A stretch of DNA of 64,000 bases from positions 64,001 to 128,000 of the IMG/VR virus record IMGVR_UViG_3300009082_000016; one strand, written 5' to 3'. The stretch's first letter is position 1. Every line of letters starts with the position of its first letter. Under the pieces are notes generated by a model. It ran no database searches. It saw only the letters and a list, made by a program, of their open reading frames with translations, and was not told the DNA's origin. Shown piece by piece: positions 10,330-19,493 of the stretch. Made by a program: the position numbers and the translations under genes. This DNA comes from a virus.

Positions 10330-10480
10330 ACCGCAGCGACTTGACGTGGTCGAGGGGGAGACGCGTCCTCATGAAGGGGCCGATCCGGACGACCACGAAG
10401 TCCGGACCGACTTCCTCCACGGTGCCCACCCGACCAGTGAGCACGCCCCCCACGACACGGACGAGTGCGCCAATCGTCAT
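10328..10480 (-). CDS. Stand-alone KOW-motif protein (NusG C-terminal-like)
   Basis: MTIGALVRVVGGVLTGRVGTVEEVGPDFVVVRIG, 50 aa; overlaps the upstream stop. Confidence 0.65.
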   Translation of the reverse strand: MTIGALVRVVGGVLTGRVGTVEEVGPDFVVVRIGPFMRTRLPLDHVKSLR

Positions 10481-10902
10481 GGCGGCAGCTCCGTCTCGCG
10501 CAGCGCCTGCGCCAGGATGCTCTTGAGCTGACGGAGCCGCTCGCCCAATCGCGGTGCGTGGGCGACCAACCACGCCCGGCAGCCGTCGGGCACCTTCTTT
10601 CGGCGCATCGCCTTCGCCAAGGCGACGTCGATGTCGACCTGGTGCCGCACGTCCACCAGCCCGAGCTGAATGTCGATCAGATCCGACGTCAGCCCGTCGG
10701 GCGCCAGGACCTTCGTCCTGACTTCCGTCCAGGCCACGCGGGCCCGGAGGTTGAGAACCGCCTGGGCAGCATCCTGCCGGCGCCTGTGCGCCGCCTCGAA
10801 AACCTCGAGGTCGGAGATGAAGGCGATCGCCATCGCCCTCTCCTCCTGTTCGACCACCCCCTGGAGACGGGTGATCTCCTCCCGCGCCTCTCGCAGCTTC
10901 AC
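10477..10902 (-). CDS. Hypothetical coiled-coil protein
   Basis: GTG start with GGAGGG SD; helical composition. Confidence 0.6.
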   Translation of the reverse strand: MKLREAREEITRLQGVVEQEERAMAIAFISDLEVFEAAHRRRQDAAQAVLNLRARVAWTEVRTKVLAPDGLTSDLIDIQLGLVDVRHQVDIDVALAKAMRRKKVPDGCRAWLVAHAPRLGERLRQLKSILAQALRETELPP

Positions 10903-11258
10903 GGTGCCCTCCAGTCCTGGGACCACTCCCCGTCGGGGTGGTCCCACCCGTCGCAGCGGGCTGCGACGAGGTTGCGCGGCAGCAGCTGCCCACCGCCGCG
11001 CCTGATGTCCTCGGCCATGACCTCGAACAGGTCGTGGCCGAGAACGACGAACCCGTCGACGCCGGAGGCATCGGTGCCGACGGGTTCAATGTCGGGCGGG
11101 AGGCCAACGACCTCGAGCCGCGGCTCTTGGTCACCGGCCTCCTTCGCGGCGAGCGCGGCGGCAACAGCCGCCATCTCGCCCGCCGCGAAGCCCGCCCGAC
11201 CGGCCCTCCGGCCGTGGATCCGGACCTCAGGGTCCGGCCACGGCACCTTACCTCGCAT
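10899..11258 (-). CDS. Hypothetical protein
   Basis: ATG with AAAGGAGG SD. Confidence 0.6.
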   Translation of the reverse strand: MRGKVPWPDPEVRIHGRRAGRAGFAAGEMAAVAAALAAKEAGDQEPRLEVVGLPPDIEPVGTDASGVDGFVVLGHDLFEVMAEDIRRGGGQLLPRNLVAARCDGWDHPDGEWSQDWRAP

Positions 11259-11294
11259 CTTCCCTCCTTTCGCGGTGAGGGTTGCGTAGCCCAC

Positions 11295-11460
11295 CGCCTC
11301 GGGTTCCCGACCTATCCCGTTTTCCAGCAGACCATCAGATCCAGGCGCTCCGATGGTGGCTGGGGTACCTAAGAGTCACCCTTGCTGAGGGTGCTACCAA
11401 CCCTGGCCCCAGGTTGGCTTCAGTCGGGAATCCGAGGCGAGGGGCTCTCGCCTGTGGGGA
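11295..11460. ncRNA. Structured intergenic element (multibranch)
   Basis: 17-bp closing stem 11295-11311/11423-11439 (one non-Watson-Crick pair) enclosing three hairpins. Confidence 0.45.
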
Positions 11461-11463
11461 TTG

Positions 11464-11703
11464 CTAGAGGCGGGAGGGCCGCAGCACGAACGTGCGGCCC
11501 TGGAACAGAACCTCGAAACCGGCCCGGGGGGCCGGGTGGATCTCGTCGGCCTCGGACGCCGACAGACCCACCGCCTCCAGAGCGGTCTCGAGGTCGCGGG
11601 CACGGACCGTCACTCCCCCGGCGGGGCCCGTCACCCGCCAGGGTCCCCACGTCGAGCCAGCATCCAGCCGGCCCTCCGTGGATCGAATCCTCAGTCCCTC
11701 CAT
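11464..11703 (-). CDS. Hypothetical protein
   Basis: 79 aa, GGAGG SD. Confidence 0.5.
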   Translation of the reverse strand: MEGLRIRSTEGRLDAGSTWGPWRVTGPAGGVTVRARDLETALEAVGLSASEADEIHPAPRAGFEVLFQGRTFVLRPSRL

Positions 11704-11782
11704 GGGACCTCCCCTCCTGCCGCCTGTTGGTGAACCCGCACGGTGGTCAGGCGCAGGGAAACGCGCCGTGCGGGGGGGGCTA

Positions 11783-12079
11783 CTAGTCGATCACCCGCAC
11801 ATAGCGGGTATTCCGGCTGCACTCCTGCAGCCAGATCTGGTAGCCCTCGTCGTCGTCCTGGTCCGGAGACCAGGACGGAACCGAAACGAGCCCGAAGACC
11901 GTCTCTCGACGGCCATCGGGCCGGACCCGGGTCGACTCGACATCGACCCGGGTCCAAGGGAACGACGGGGGCCATCCCCGCTCGTTCCCTCGAACGACCT
12001 CGATCTCCTCCAGGACCGTGCCGGTCCTGGAGAAGACCCTCTTCGCCCAACTCTTGTTGGGCTCGAACTGGTGTGCCAC
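11783..12079 (-). CDS. Hypothetical protein
   Basis: GTG start with GGAGG SD, (M)AHQFEPNKSWAK. Confidence 0.5.
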   Translation of the reverse strand: MAHQFEPNKSWAKRVFSRTGTVLEEIEVVRGNERGWPPSFPWTRVDVESTRVRPDGRRETVFGLVSVPSWSPDQDDDEGYQIWLQECSRNTRYVRVID

Positions 12080-12188
12080 CGCGCACCTCCTTCCCCAGGC
12101 CACCACCCCGGGGGAACGTGAACTCGCGCCTGCTGGTGTTGCAGGCTTTGGTCCCCCCTCCCAGCGCAAGCCAGGAGGGGGCGGGCCG

Positions 12189-12494
12189 TCAGAGGGAGCG
12201 GGCGATTTCTCGCCACTCCCTCGCAGCCTCGAAGAACCGGAGGGACGCCTCGTCGGGCGTCTCCCCGGTTCCCCAAAAGAACCCGCTCCAGAGGGCGGGG
12301 TCGAGGGCCGCCGCCGAGGCCCTCGTGTACCACTGTTCCGCCTCAAGCGCCTGGGCGGCGGAACAGTGCCACGCCGCCAGCGCCTCGGCGGCGCTCTCGG
12401 CCGCCTCGACCGCGTGGTCGATGCAGCGCGACATCCACTCGCCGGGGCTCACCCCGGCGAGCAGCAACCACGCACCGTTAGGAAGGCCGTCCAT
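12189..12494 (-). CDS. Hypothetical protein
   Basis: ATG with AAAGGAGG SD. Confidence 0.55.
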   Translation of the reverse strand: MDGLPNGAWLLLAGVSPGEWMSRCIDHAVEAAESAAEALAAWHCSAAQALEAEQWYTRASAAALDPALWSGFFWGTGETPDEASLRFFEAAREWREIARSL

Positions 12495-12504
12495 GACGAC
12501 CTCC

Positions 12505-12791
12505 TTTCTTGGCCCTTGCCATCGGGCCTCGAGCGAAAACTCCCCGTTGGCGGCGGGGAGGTTTGGAGGCTGCTAAGTCACCGGGGACGTCAACCCCGAC
12601 GACCGCGACCTCCCTACTCCGGATTTTGCTGGTTCTCAGCCAGGTGCCAGAGGGTTCACCTGCCTCGGGATTGACGCACCCGAGGGACGCGGCCTGACAT
12701 GAAGGGGGCGGGGCGCACGCCCTTTCTGCACCCCTTTGGGGGGGCTCCATGTCGACCCTTGCGGCTGGCGAGGGTCTCTCGCCTGTGGGGA
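12505..12791 (-). ncRNA. Structured leader or ncRNA with predicted kissing loops
   Basis: Hairpins 12582-12598 and 12663-12685 have complementary loops (CGTCAA/TTGACG); several further stems. Confidence 0.5.
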
Positions 12792-12832
12792 GGTAGAAAA
12801 GAAGGCCGAGAAACAACCGGCCTTCTTTTCTA

Positions 12833-12867
12833 CATCTACCTTATAGCAGAGCAGATCTTGCTTTTTT
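12833..12867 (-). promoter_or_regulatory. Putative phage promoter, class A (AAAAAAG-N16-ATAAG-N4-ATG)
   Basis: AT-rich patch; same architecture at 26316-26349. Confidence 0.5.
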
Positions 12868-12924
12868 CACGTCTGCGCGGTGGAATGGGGGCGCTTCCGA
12901 CGGAGCTCGGAGAAGGAGGAAACG

Positions 12925-13452
12925 ATGAAGAAGTGGTTGCTCGGGATCGTGGCCCTCGGGTTGCTGACCGGCTGCCCGAGGCCGTACGTCGCCGCCCAGC
13001 GGACCATCCTCAACGCCGTGGATGCGCTGCACATCGCCGACGAGGCGATCGTGGCCGCGTACCCCTCGGTGGAGGGGACGGACGAAGAGCGGGTGGCGTG
13101 GCTGACGAAGGCGGTCTGCGCCCTCCGCATCAGCCGGGACACGCTCCAGATTGGCTGGGACGTGACGTTCTACTGGGCGGAGGACGACAAGGTCTGCACC
13201 AAGGACGGGGAGGTGGTTCCACCGGAAACGGAAGGTGCCGTCTGCGTCGCCGGCGATCGATCGTGGCAGGACTGGGTGATGATCTCGGTGCCCGTCGTCC
13301 TCCACGCTGTCCAGTTGCTCAAGGACTTCGGGGTGAACATCCCGGACACCATCCTCACCATTCTGCAGGGGCTGGCGTCCGCCGGAGAGTTCGAGGCAGA
13401 ACCGTTCGACGAGGACTTCAACGCCTGCGTCGAGGCACTGGGAGAGGGGTGA
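12925..13452 (+). CDS. Lipoprotein
   Basis: AGGAGG SD; signal peptide and lipobox MKKWLLGIVALGLLTGC. Confidence 0.8.
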   Translation: MKKWLLGIVALGLLTGCPRPYVAAQRTILNAVDALHIADEAIVAAYPSVEGTDEERVAWLTKAVCALRISRDTLQIGWDVTFYWAEDDKVCTKDGEVVPPETEGAVCVAGDRSWQDWVMISVPVVLHAVQLLKDFGVNIPDTILTILQGLASAGEFEAEPFDEDFNACVEALGEG

Positions 13453-13455
13453 GCC

Positions 13456-13641
13456 ATGAAGGTCGCCGAACTGATCATCGGCTTGGTGCCGACCGTCCTG
13501 AAGGACATCCTGGAGTGGATCAACGGCCGTGACTCGGTCTACGACTACACCGAGTTCGCCAAGCGCGTCGGCGGGAAGTTCAAGTCCGAGATCCTGCTCG
13601 AGCGCGAGAAGAACCGCGTCAAGAACAAGCCGAACGGCTGA
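13456..13641 (+). CDS. Small hypothetical protein
   Basis: 61 aa, co-oriented directly after the lipoprotein. Confidence 0.65.
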   Translation: MKVAELIIGLVPTVLKDILEWINGRDSVYDYTEFAKRVGGKFKSEILLEREKNRVKNKPNG

Positions 13642-13678
13642 CCCCCCTATTTGCGTTGGAAGACGACGTCCAAACCCG

Positions 13679-13709
13679 CCTGCTACGCTACGCCTCGTAG
13701 CGTAGCAGG
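13679..13709. terminator. Perfect hairpin between convergent genes
   Basis: cctgctacgctacg-cct-cgtagcgtagcagg (14-bp stem); no U tract. Confidence 0.5.
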
Positions 13710-13751
13710 GGCCTCCAGGAAGTCCGGTCGCAGTTACTCGGTAGATGAACG

Positions 13752-13967
13752 TCAGGGGATGCAGCAGGTCAGCCGCTGGGCGACCGGGCACCGCTGGTCC
13801 AAGAACACGGGCTCACCCCACACGAGGTAGTACGGCCGGCCACTCGCGTCGGCCTTCCGGATGCCCTCGAGCTTCTCGGTGATCATGCTGGCGATGGTCT
13901 CCCCCACACGCACCGTGCCGAGGTTGGCTTCCGGTTTCCTGAGCAGATCGCTGTTCATCGGTGCCAC
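13752..13967 (-). CDS. Hypothetical protein
   Basis: 71 aa, AGGAG SD. Confidence 0.45.
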   Translation of the reverse strand: MAPMNSDLLRKPEANLGTVRVGETIASMITEKLEGIRKADASGRPYYLVWGEPVFLDQRCPVAQRLTCCIP

Positions 13968-14047
13968 CAGTCTCCTTCGCCAAGTCGGCGAAGTGCCCTT
14001 CTACCAGTTCGCTCGGCAGACGGCAACACCACCACGGGCCTCGAACG

Positions 14048-14695
14048 TCACGCCGCCCTCCCGTACCGCTCGTCCAACCAGACCGCCGCCTCCTTCGAAG
14101 ACGGTTCGATGAGCGTATCGGTCCGGACGACCGGAAGGCTGTGCCGCAGCTCCTTCTCGGTGACCTCGCAGTCGAGCAGCGAGCAACCGTAGTTGAGCAG
14201 CTTCGTCGACAGGGCGTAGGGGTCGAGCAGGCGCCCCTGGTAGCGCCACTCCATCTCCAGGTCAGAGCGGTAGGCGCCGGACTCGTAGTGCGCCCGCTCC
14301 GCGGGGTTGGTGAGGTAGTCCCAGGAGAAGCTGAGCTCGCCGGTCTTGTCCGCCTGGATGAGGTGATCGATCTCGTGGACGCAGATTCGCATCTGGCCCC
14401 AAAGGCTGTAGTCCTCGTGCGGCTCGCCCGGCGTGAACGGAGCATAGATTCCACGGAACGGCATGAGCGGGACGGTCGTCGTGTAGTGCTGCAGGAACTC
14501 CTCCCGGGAGAGGATGCCCATCGCATTGAGCACGTCGGCGACGAACTTCATCTCCTTGGAGTTGTGCTTGTCGATCAGGCGCACGGTGTGCCGGGAGCAC
14601 ATGTAGTCCCAGAACTCGCGCACGTCCTCGGGCGTGGGGTTGACCGGGTAGATCAGCCGGCGGGCCATCGGATAGCGAATGAGCAGCTTCTTCAC
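14048..14695 (-). CDS. Zincin-like HExxH metallopeptidase domain protein
   Basis: CVHEIDHLIQ with downstream RAHYESGAY. Confidence 0.6.
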   Translation of the reverse strand: MKKLLIRYPMARRLIYPVNPTPEDVREFWDYMCSRHTVRLIDKHNSKEMKFVADVLNAMGILSREEFLQHYTTTVPLMPFRGIYAPFTPGEPHEDYSLWGQMRICVHEIDHLIQADKTGELSFSWDYLTNPAERAHYESGAYRSDLEMEWRYQGRLLDPYALSTKLLNYGCSLLDCEVTEKELRHSLPVVRTDTLIEPSSKEAAVWLDERYGRAA

Positions 14696-14955
14696 GGTAC
14701 ACCTTCAGGGCAGCCGGCGCCCTCGACGCACGTACAGCCGGCCGGAACACCCAGCTCCACGTCCTCGGGCATCCAGCAGCAGGTCCAGTCGATCATCTGC
14801 CCGCCCAGCTCCTCGCAGTCCAAGAACGTCCGCCACCGCTGATCGCTGCCGCAGATCTGCGCCCGGTTGTTGAAACACCGGGTCTCGGCTGGCGTGCAAT
14901 CGTCCGGCATCGGGCAACCGGACAACAGGAGCACCAGCACCAGAAAAGTCCGCAT
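14692..14955 (-). CDS. Cys-rich lipoprotein
   Basis: MRTFLVLVLLLSGC lipobox; CTPAETRC...QICGSDQRW repeat of the kind common in myxobacterial proteins. Confidence 0.7.
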   Translation of the reverse strand: MRTFLVLVLLLSGCPMPDDCTPAETRCFNNRAQICGSDQRWRTFLDCEELGGQMIDWTCCWMPEDVELGVPAGCTCVEGAGCPEGVP

Positions 14956-14958
14956 GGC

Positions 14959-15405
14959 TCACCTCCCCTTGCGCTGCGCCTGCTTCACGACCTCCCGCGC
15001 GACCGACCAGGTCAGCGGGTCGGCCAGGGCCCCCCGGAAGTCGAACAGCGCCTCCGCCGCTTCCTTCTCCCGAACTTCGTTCCGCCCCTTCTCGATGAGC
15101 GCGGACTCCTCCGGGGCCAGGCGCTCCAGGATCTCCAGGAACTCGCCGACGTGGACCCGCTCTTCCTTGGCGATGTCCCGGAAGATGTCGGCGACCGTCT
15201 CGTTGTCGGTCGCGGCCGCCACGGCGTCGTAGAAGTGAGCCGCTTCCTCCTCGGCAGCGATCGCCTGCCGGGTGGAGCTGATCAGCTCTTCCGTCGAGAG
15301 CTTGTGGTCCGGCTGCAACCCGGGGAACGGGGTGATGAACTCGGCGGCCGTCTTCTCCGTCGTCTCGACGACCGACCTCTGCAACTCGCCCCACAGCTTG
15401 CCCAT
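14959..15405 (-). CDS. Ferritin-like / rubrerythrin-family di-iron protein
   Basis: AIAAEEEAAHFY...IFRDIAKEERVHVGEF (ExxH). Confidence 0.85.
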   Translation of the reverse strand: MGKLWGELQRSVVETTEKTAAEFITPFPGLQPDHKLSTEELISSTRQAIAAEEEAAHFYDAVAAATDNETVADIFRDIAKEERVHVGEFLEILERLAPEESALIEKGRNEVREKEAAEALFDFRGALADPLTWSVAREVVKQAQRKGR

Positions 15406-15413
15406 GGTGCCTC

Positions 15414-18400
15414 CTAGCCGTTCCGAATCCGGTAGGCCAGCAACTCCTGCTGGTACGCCTGGATCAGAACGCGCCTGCGGCCGCGCACGTCCAACCGCGC
15501 CCGTGCCGCCGTATCCGTCTCGTTGATCCCCAACAGCTTCGCCGTGTCTGCCGGCGCCAGACCGAACAGGTCGGAATACGGCCCGAAGGAGTGGGAGTGG
15601 AATCCCATCACGCCCTTCACGATCGTCCCGTCGCCCTTCAGCTCCAGGTCCTTCGAGCCGAACATGTCGAACAGCGTGGCAATCGGGCGCCAGGTGTACT
15701 CGTCGGCGAACAGGGCCGCGCTGTAACCCTCGCTGCGGATCTTGGCGTAGGTGTGGGACAGGAAATCAACCGAGCCTTGGACCGTCGCGCCGTGCATGAT
15801 GCTCCCGATCACCTCGGGCGACGCCTCGCTCTCCTCGTCGGGATTCGCTTCGGACACGGCCGGGTAGCCCTGCTGCAGCGCCGCGGCGTCAGGCAGGGCG
15901 CCGTCCGACATCACGGAAATCGGGTCGGTGATCGCACCGACGCCCAGGAGCGGCATGTACACCCCGCCACCGACGCGCCCGTTGAGCCAGATGGCAGGAA
16001 ACCATGGCGGGCGAACGATGTCCTCGACCGCGAAGTCGACCGTCGACGCGCCATCCGACACGTCCTCGATGAACGCGTAGGCGTTGAGCGTCACCTTCAC
16101 GTCCGGGCTCCCGACGTAGCTCACCACGTCCGCGCCGAACTCTCGGGCGGGGTGCTCGGTGCCGATCAGGTCGCTGCGGATGGTGGCGGCCGGCAGCCGC
16201 TGCCCGTTCGGGTAGACACCGTAGAGAGGCAGAGCACGCGGTCGGGCGTTGCGAGGCTGCAGGGAAGACCTGCGCCGGGACAACGCGGACAGACGCTCGT
16301 TGAGTGCCGCGAGGGAAGCCCGCGCTTCAGGCGTATTGGCCGCGAGAGCCACCCTCAGCTGCTGGGTGACCTCTGTCGTCTGCTGACCGATGGACCGAAT
16401 CTCCCGGTCGACATCAACCGAATGCACCGTGGCCGGCGTGTACTGGTCGGTGACGTCCCGGACCTCCTTGATCGGACCGCCCCAAGGTCCCTGGGCACCC
16501 ACCACGGGCGGGTTGTCGGCGAACGCCGCGACCACCCACTGCTTGTCCGTGATCTGCTCGCCACGGACCGTGCGCTCGACCGTCTGGGGACCCGTGAACA
16601 GGCTGGCGATCACGCCACCCAGCGCACCAACCGCGCCGGCGGTCGCCGCCGTCATCTCATCGCGGGTCTCCTGGGTGACGACCACCGGCTCCTGACCCGG
16701 TCCGTGGACGTAGGACTCGTTCGGCTGCCGCTCCGGCGGGGTCCGGTCCATCCTTTCCCCCACCTCGTCGTGGACGAGGTCGAATCCGGCAACCGCGCCG
16801 CGGACCGCATTTCCCAGCGGGTCCCAGGTTGCGACCTGCTGCTTGACGTAGCGGTACAACTGCCGGCGACGACGCGCCTCCTGGACGTCTTGCCCGAAGA
16901 ACTCCACCGATTCCCGATGGTCGCGGGCGTAGGACAGCGTCATCGTCGTGCCGCACTGCCCCGACGCATCCATCGTGTGCGCCACGGTCTCGACGATCCC
17001 CAGGAAATGGACGCCGGTACGACCCTGCAGCAGGTCCAGGATCTCGCCCTTGAACGGCGGCGGCTCGCCCGTCGTCTCCTGGGTGAGCTGGTTGAGCGCC
17101 CGCTCGCCGTACTGGAGGATGAGCTCGTTGTTGCGTGTCTCGATGTACGACGGGGGGGCGCTGAGCACCAGCCCCGGGTAGCCCGGCACCAGATAGGGGT
17201 TGAACTTGCACTGCAGCTGCAACGTCCGGGCAGCGAAGCGGGTCTTGAAGAACAGGTAGTTGGTCACCCGTTGGAAGTAGTCGAGCGCCTGCCCGTTCAC
17301 CGTCTCGTTCTCCCGGCCGGCGCGGAGGATGTTCTTCCCGATGGTCATCTCCCGGTCGGACATCGTCTGGAAGAAGGGGACGATACCCGTGTAGATCTCG
17401 TGGGCCATCAGGTCGGACGAGATGTGCGCGTCGCCCTGGGCGAAGCTGCCACCCGAACGGCGGATGATGGGGCGGTCCCGCAGCAGCCCCGAGGCCATCG
17501 GCGTGAAGTACCAGTTGTCAAAAAAGGGCACCGAGCCCAGGAACGCCGAGTAGCCCTTGATCATCAGCCGCGTCGGTTCGGCGAAGAAGTTGCGGCTGAA
17601 CGACACGCTCGAGTACTGGTCAGGGAACACGACGTTGCAGCGCGGCGGCGGGCAGAACCAGATGTCGGGACGGAACAGCTGCGTGTAGAGGAAAGCCGGC
17701 TCACCGACATCGACATCGGGCCTGCGTGCCGACGACCCGTACGCCTCCCCCAGAATGAGGTCGCAGAGCTTGACGATCTCCTTGAGGTAGTCGTAGGGCT
17801 TCGAAGCGGTGGGGTCGGAACTTCCGAGGATGCTCCGCCCGGAACTTCCCTTGTAGGCCAGCAGCGCCAGGTTGAGCGTGACGTGCCCTTGACGCTCGCC
17901 CCGGTCCCGGAGCGCCTGCCGCAAGGACGTACCCAGCTGTTCCGCCCGGCGGAAGATGGCTCGCGTCTCCTCAAAGTACAGGGCGTTGATCCGCACGGTG
18001 TAGCCCTGCTCCGACAACGGGCTCCCCGCCCCCACTCGGGCGATCAGATCCTCCGTGGCCTTCTTCAGCACCCGGATGGGGCCGCGAACATTGATGGCCG
18101 CCACCTCCGGTTCCGCACCTTCGGACTCCGCGCACCAACCCATCATCTTCGCGTAGTCCCCGGAGGGCGGCCGATACGACGGCGTCGACAACGGGTACAC
18201 CGAGTAGAAGGTGTACTGCATCAGGGCCTGCATGAGCGTGCGGAAGTTGAACTGCCTGGGCAGTCCGCGGATGCTGGTCCGCCACAGCGAGCCGAAACCC
18301 TGGCTGGCCATCAACCGGACGGGTGTCGAGTCCCCGGGCGGGATGCCCATCTGCTGCAGGAGGCGCAGCCGCAGCTCGGCCATCGCGGCAAACGGGTTGG

Positions 18401-19097
18401 GCGACGTGATGACCTGTGCCCCCCCGAGCCTGCGATGGTAGACGCCGAACACCTCCTCCATCAGGTGCATGATGCCGGCCAGGTACGACGTGTTCACCTG
18501 ACCAGTCGACGGGTCCCGGGTGACCAGCTGCGGGAACGAGCTCGGCGGCTTGGTCAGCTTGTCGTACAGGGCGCCTGTCTCACCGCCCAGGAGGTCGTAG
18601 AACGCGCCCGTCGCGTGCCCTTCAAACGTGGGCATGCGCGTCGGCGCGAACAGCCCCCCTGACCGATCGTGAATCACCGAGTCCCAGTAGTTCGACAGGT
18701 CCTGGCACTGCAGAACGACGCCGCGGTTGGACTCGTTCTTGGTGTAGGACAACCCCATGACCTCGCCGACGAACAGGAGTCGGTAGCGGGTGTACTCGGC
18801 CGGGACATCGGGGACAACAACGTCCTCCTCCCCCTCGATCACCGGCGTTTCGTACGAGGTGTTGACCGCCTCGATCTGCGAGCTGCCGGGGACGCCCACC
18901 ACGTAGTCGGGGTTGGCCGTGTCGCAGTAGAAGACGTGGATCAGCGTCCGGGGCAGGATCATGAACGCCAGGGGGCTCGGGACGATCTGGATGGACGCAG
19001 AAGCCGGGCTGTCCCGCTGCATGGAGACAGCGATGCTGACGATGGGAAGCTCGACGCCCTCGGCGAAGAACTTGAGATGGAGCTTGTCCGCCCTCAC
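15414..19097 (-). CDS. Putative baseplate hub-like structural protein (1227 aa)
   Basis: N-terminal hub-like beta pattern (LFVGEVMGLSY...VVLQCQD), FNPYLVPGYPG and LGIVETVAHTM; downstream of the tape measure-like gene. Confidence 0.55.
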   Translation of the reverse strand: MRADKLHLKFFAEGVELPIVSIAVSMQRDSPASASIQIVPSPLAFMILPRTLIHVFYCDTANPDYVVGVPGSSQIEAVNTSYETPVIEGEEDVVVPDVPAEYTRYRLLFVGEVMGLSYTKNESNRGVVLQCQDLSNYWDSVIHDRSGGLFAPTRMPTFEGHATGAFYDLLGGETGALYDKLTKPPSSFPQLVTRDPSTGQVNTSYLAGIMHLMEEVFGVYHRRLGGAQVITSPNPFAAMAELRLRLLQQMGIPPGDSTPVRLMASQGFGSLWRTSIRGLPRQFNFRTLMQALMQYTFYSVYPLSTPSYRPPSGDYAKMMGWCAESEGAEPEVAAINVRGPIRVLKKATEDLIARVGAGSPLSEQGYTVRINALYFEETRAIFRRAEQLGTSLRQALRDRGERQGHVTLNLALLAYKGSSGRSILGSSDPTASKPYDYLKEIVKLCDLILGEAYGSSARRPDVDVGEPAFLYTQLFRPDIWFCPPPRCNVVFPDQYSSVSFSRNFFAEPTRLMIKGYSAFLGSVPFFDNWYFTPMASGLLRDRPIIRRSGGSFAQGDAHISSDLMAHEIYTGIVPFFQTMSDREMTIGKNILRAGRENETVNGQALDYFQRVTNYLFFKTRFAARTLQLQCKFNPYLVPGYPGLVLSAPPSYIETRNNELILQYGERALNQLTQETTGEPPPFKGEILDLLQGRTGVHFLGIVETVAHTMDASGQCGTTMTLSYARDHRESVEFFGQDVQEARRRRQLYRYVKQQVATWDPLGNAVRGAVAGFDLVHDEVGERMDRTPPERQPNESYVHGPGQEPVVVTQETRDEMTAATAGAVGALGGVIASLFTGPQTVERTVRGEQITDKQWVVAAFADNPPVVGAQGPWGGPIKEVRDVTDQYTPATVHSVDVDREIRSIGQQTTEVTQQLRVALAANTPEARASLAALNERLSALSRRRSSLQPRNARPRALPLYGVYPNGQRLPAATIRSDLIGTEHPAREFGADVVSYVGSPDVKVTLNAYAFIEDVSDGASTVDFAVEDIVRPPWFPAIWLNGRVGGGVYMPLLGVGAITDPISVMSDGALPDAAALQQGYPAVSEANPDEESEASPEVIGSIMHGATVQGSVDFLSHTYAKIRSEGYSAALFADEYTWRPIATLFDMFGSKDLELKGDGTIVKGVMGFHSHSFGPYSDLFGLAPADTAKLLGINETDTAARARLDVRGRRRVLIQAYQQELLAYRIRNG

Positions 19098-19445
19098 CTA
19101 CACTCCCGGAGGGGGCGGCAGTTCTGCCCCATCCGGGCCAACGATACTCTTTCCCCGCGGAAGAGCCAAGCCGGTGGTCGCCTCGCGGTAGGCGATCTGG
19201 ATCTCCTCGTAGAGGTCCACCTCGTCCTTCTTCGCCGGCCGCCACGGGTAGCGCATCGGCATGTGGTAGTCGCCATCCGGGAACGACATGTTCATCCGCA
19301 TCGCCGGCCCCTTCTCGGACTTCACCAGCTCGTTGCTGACGAAGCACATGCCCTTCAGCAGGTAGTTGGCCTTCTCGGGGTATTCCTGGACGACCCCGAT
19401 CATCCGGCGGCCTTCGGCGATCACGATGATGGTCTTGGACATCAA
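19098..19445 (-). CDS. Hypothetical protein
   Basis: 115 aa, AGGAGG SD, own putative promoter. Confidence 0.65.
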   Translation of the reverse strand: MMSKTIIVIAEGRRMIGVVQEYPEKANYLLKGMCFVSNELVKSEKGPAMRMNMSFPDGDYHMPMRYPWRPAKKDEVDLYEEIQIAYREATTGLALPRGKSIVGPDGAELPPPPGV

Positions 19446-19460
19446 GCACCTCCTACGGCA

Positions 19461-19490
19461 CCCTCTATCCGGGTTGCAGTCGTATGTCTA
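19461..19490 (-). promoter_or_regulatory. Putative promoter, class B (TAGACA-N15-GATAGAGGG)
   Basis: Same motif and spacing at 36042-36071 and 38481-38510. Confidence 0.55.
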
Positions 19491-19493
19491 CGG

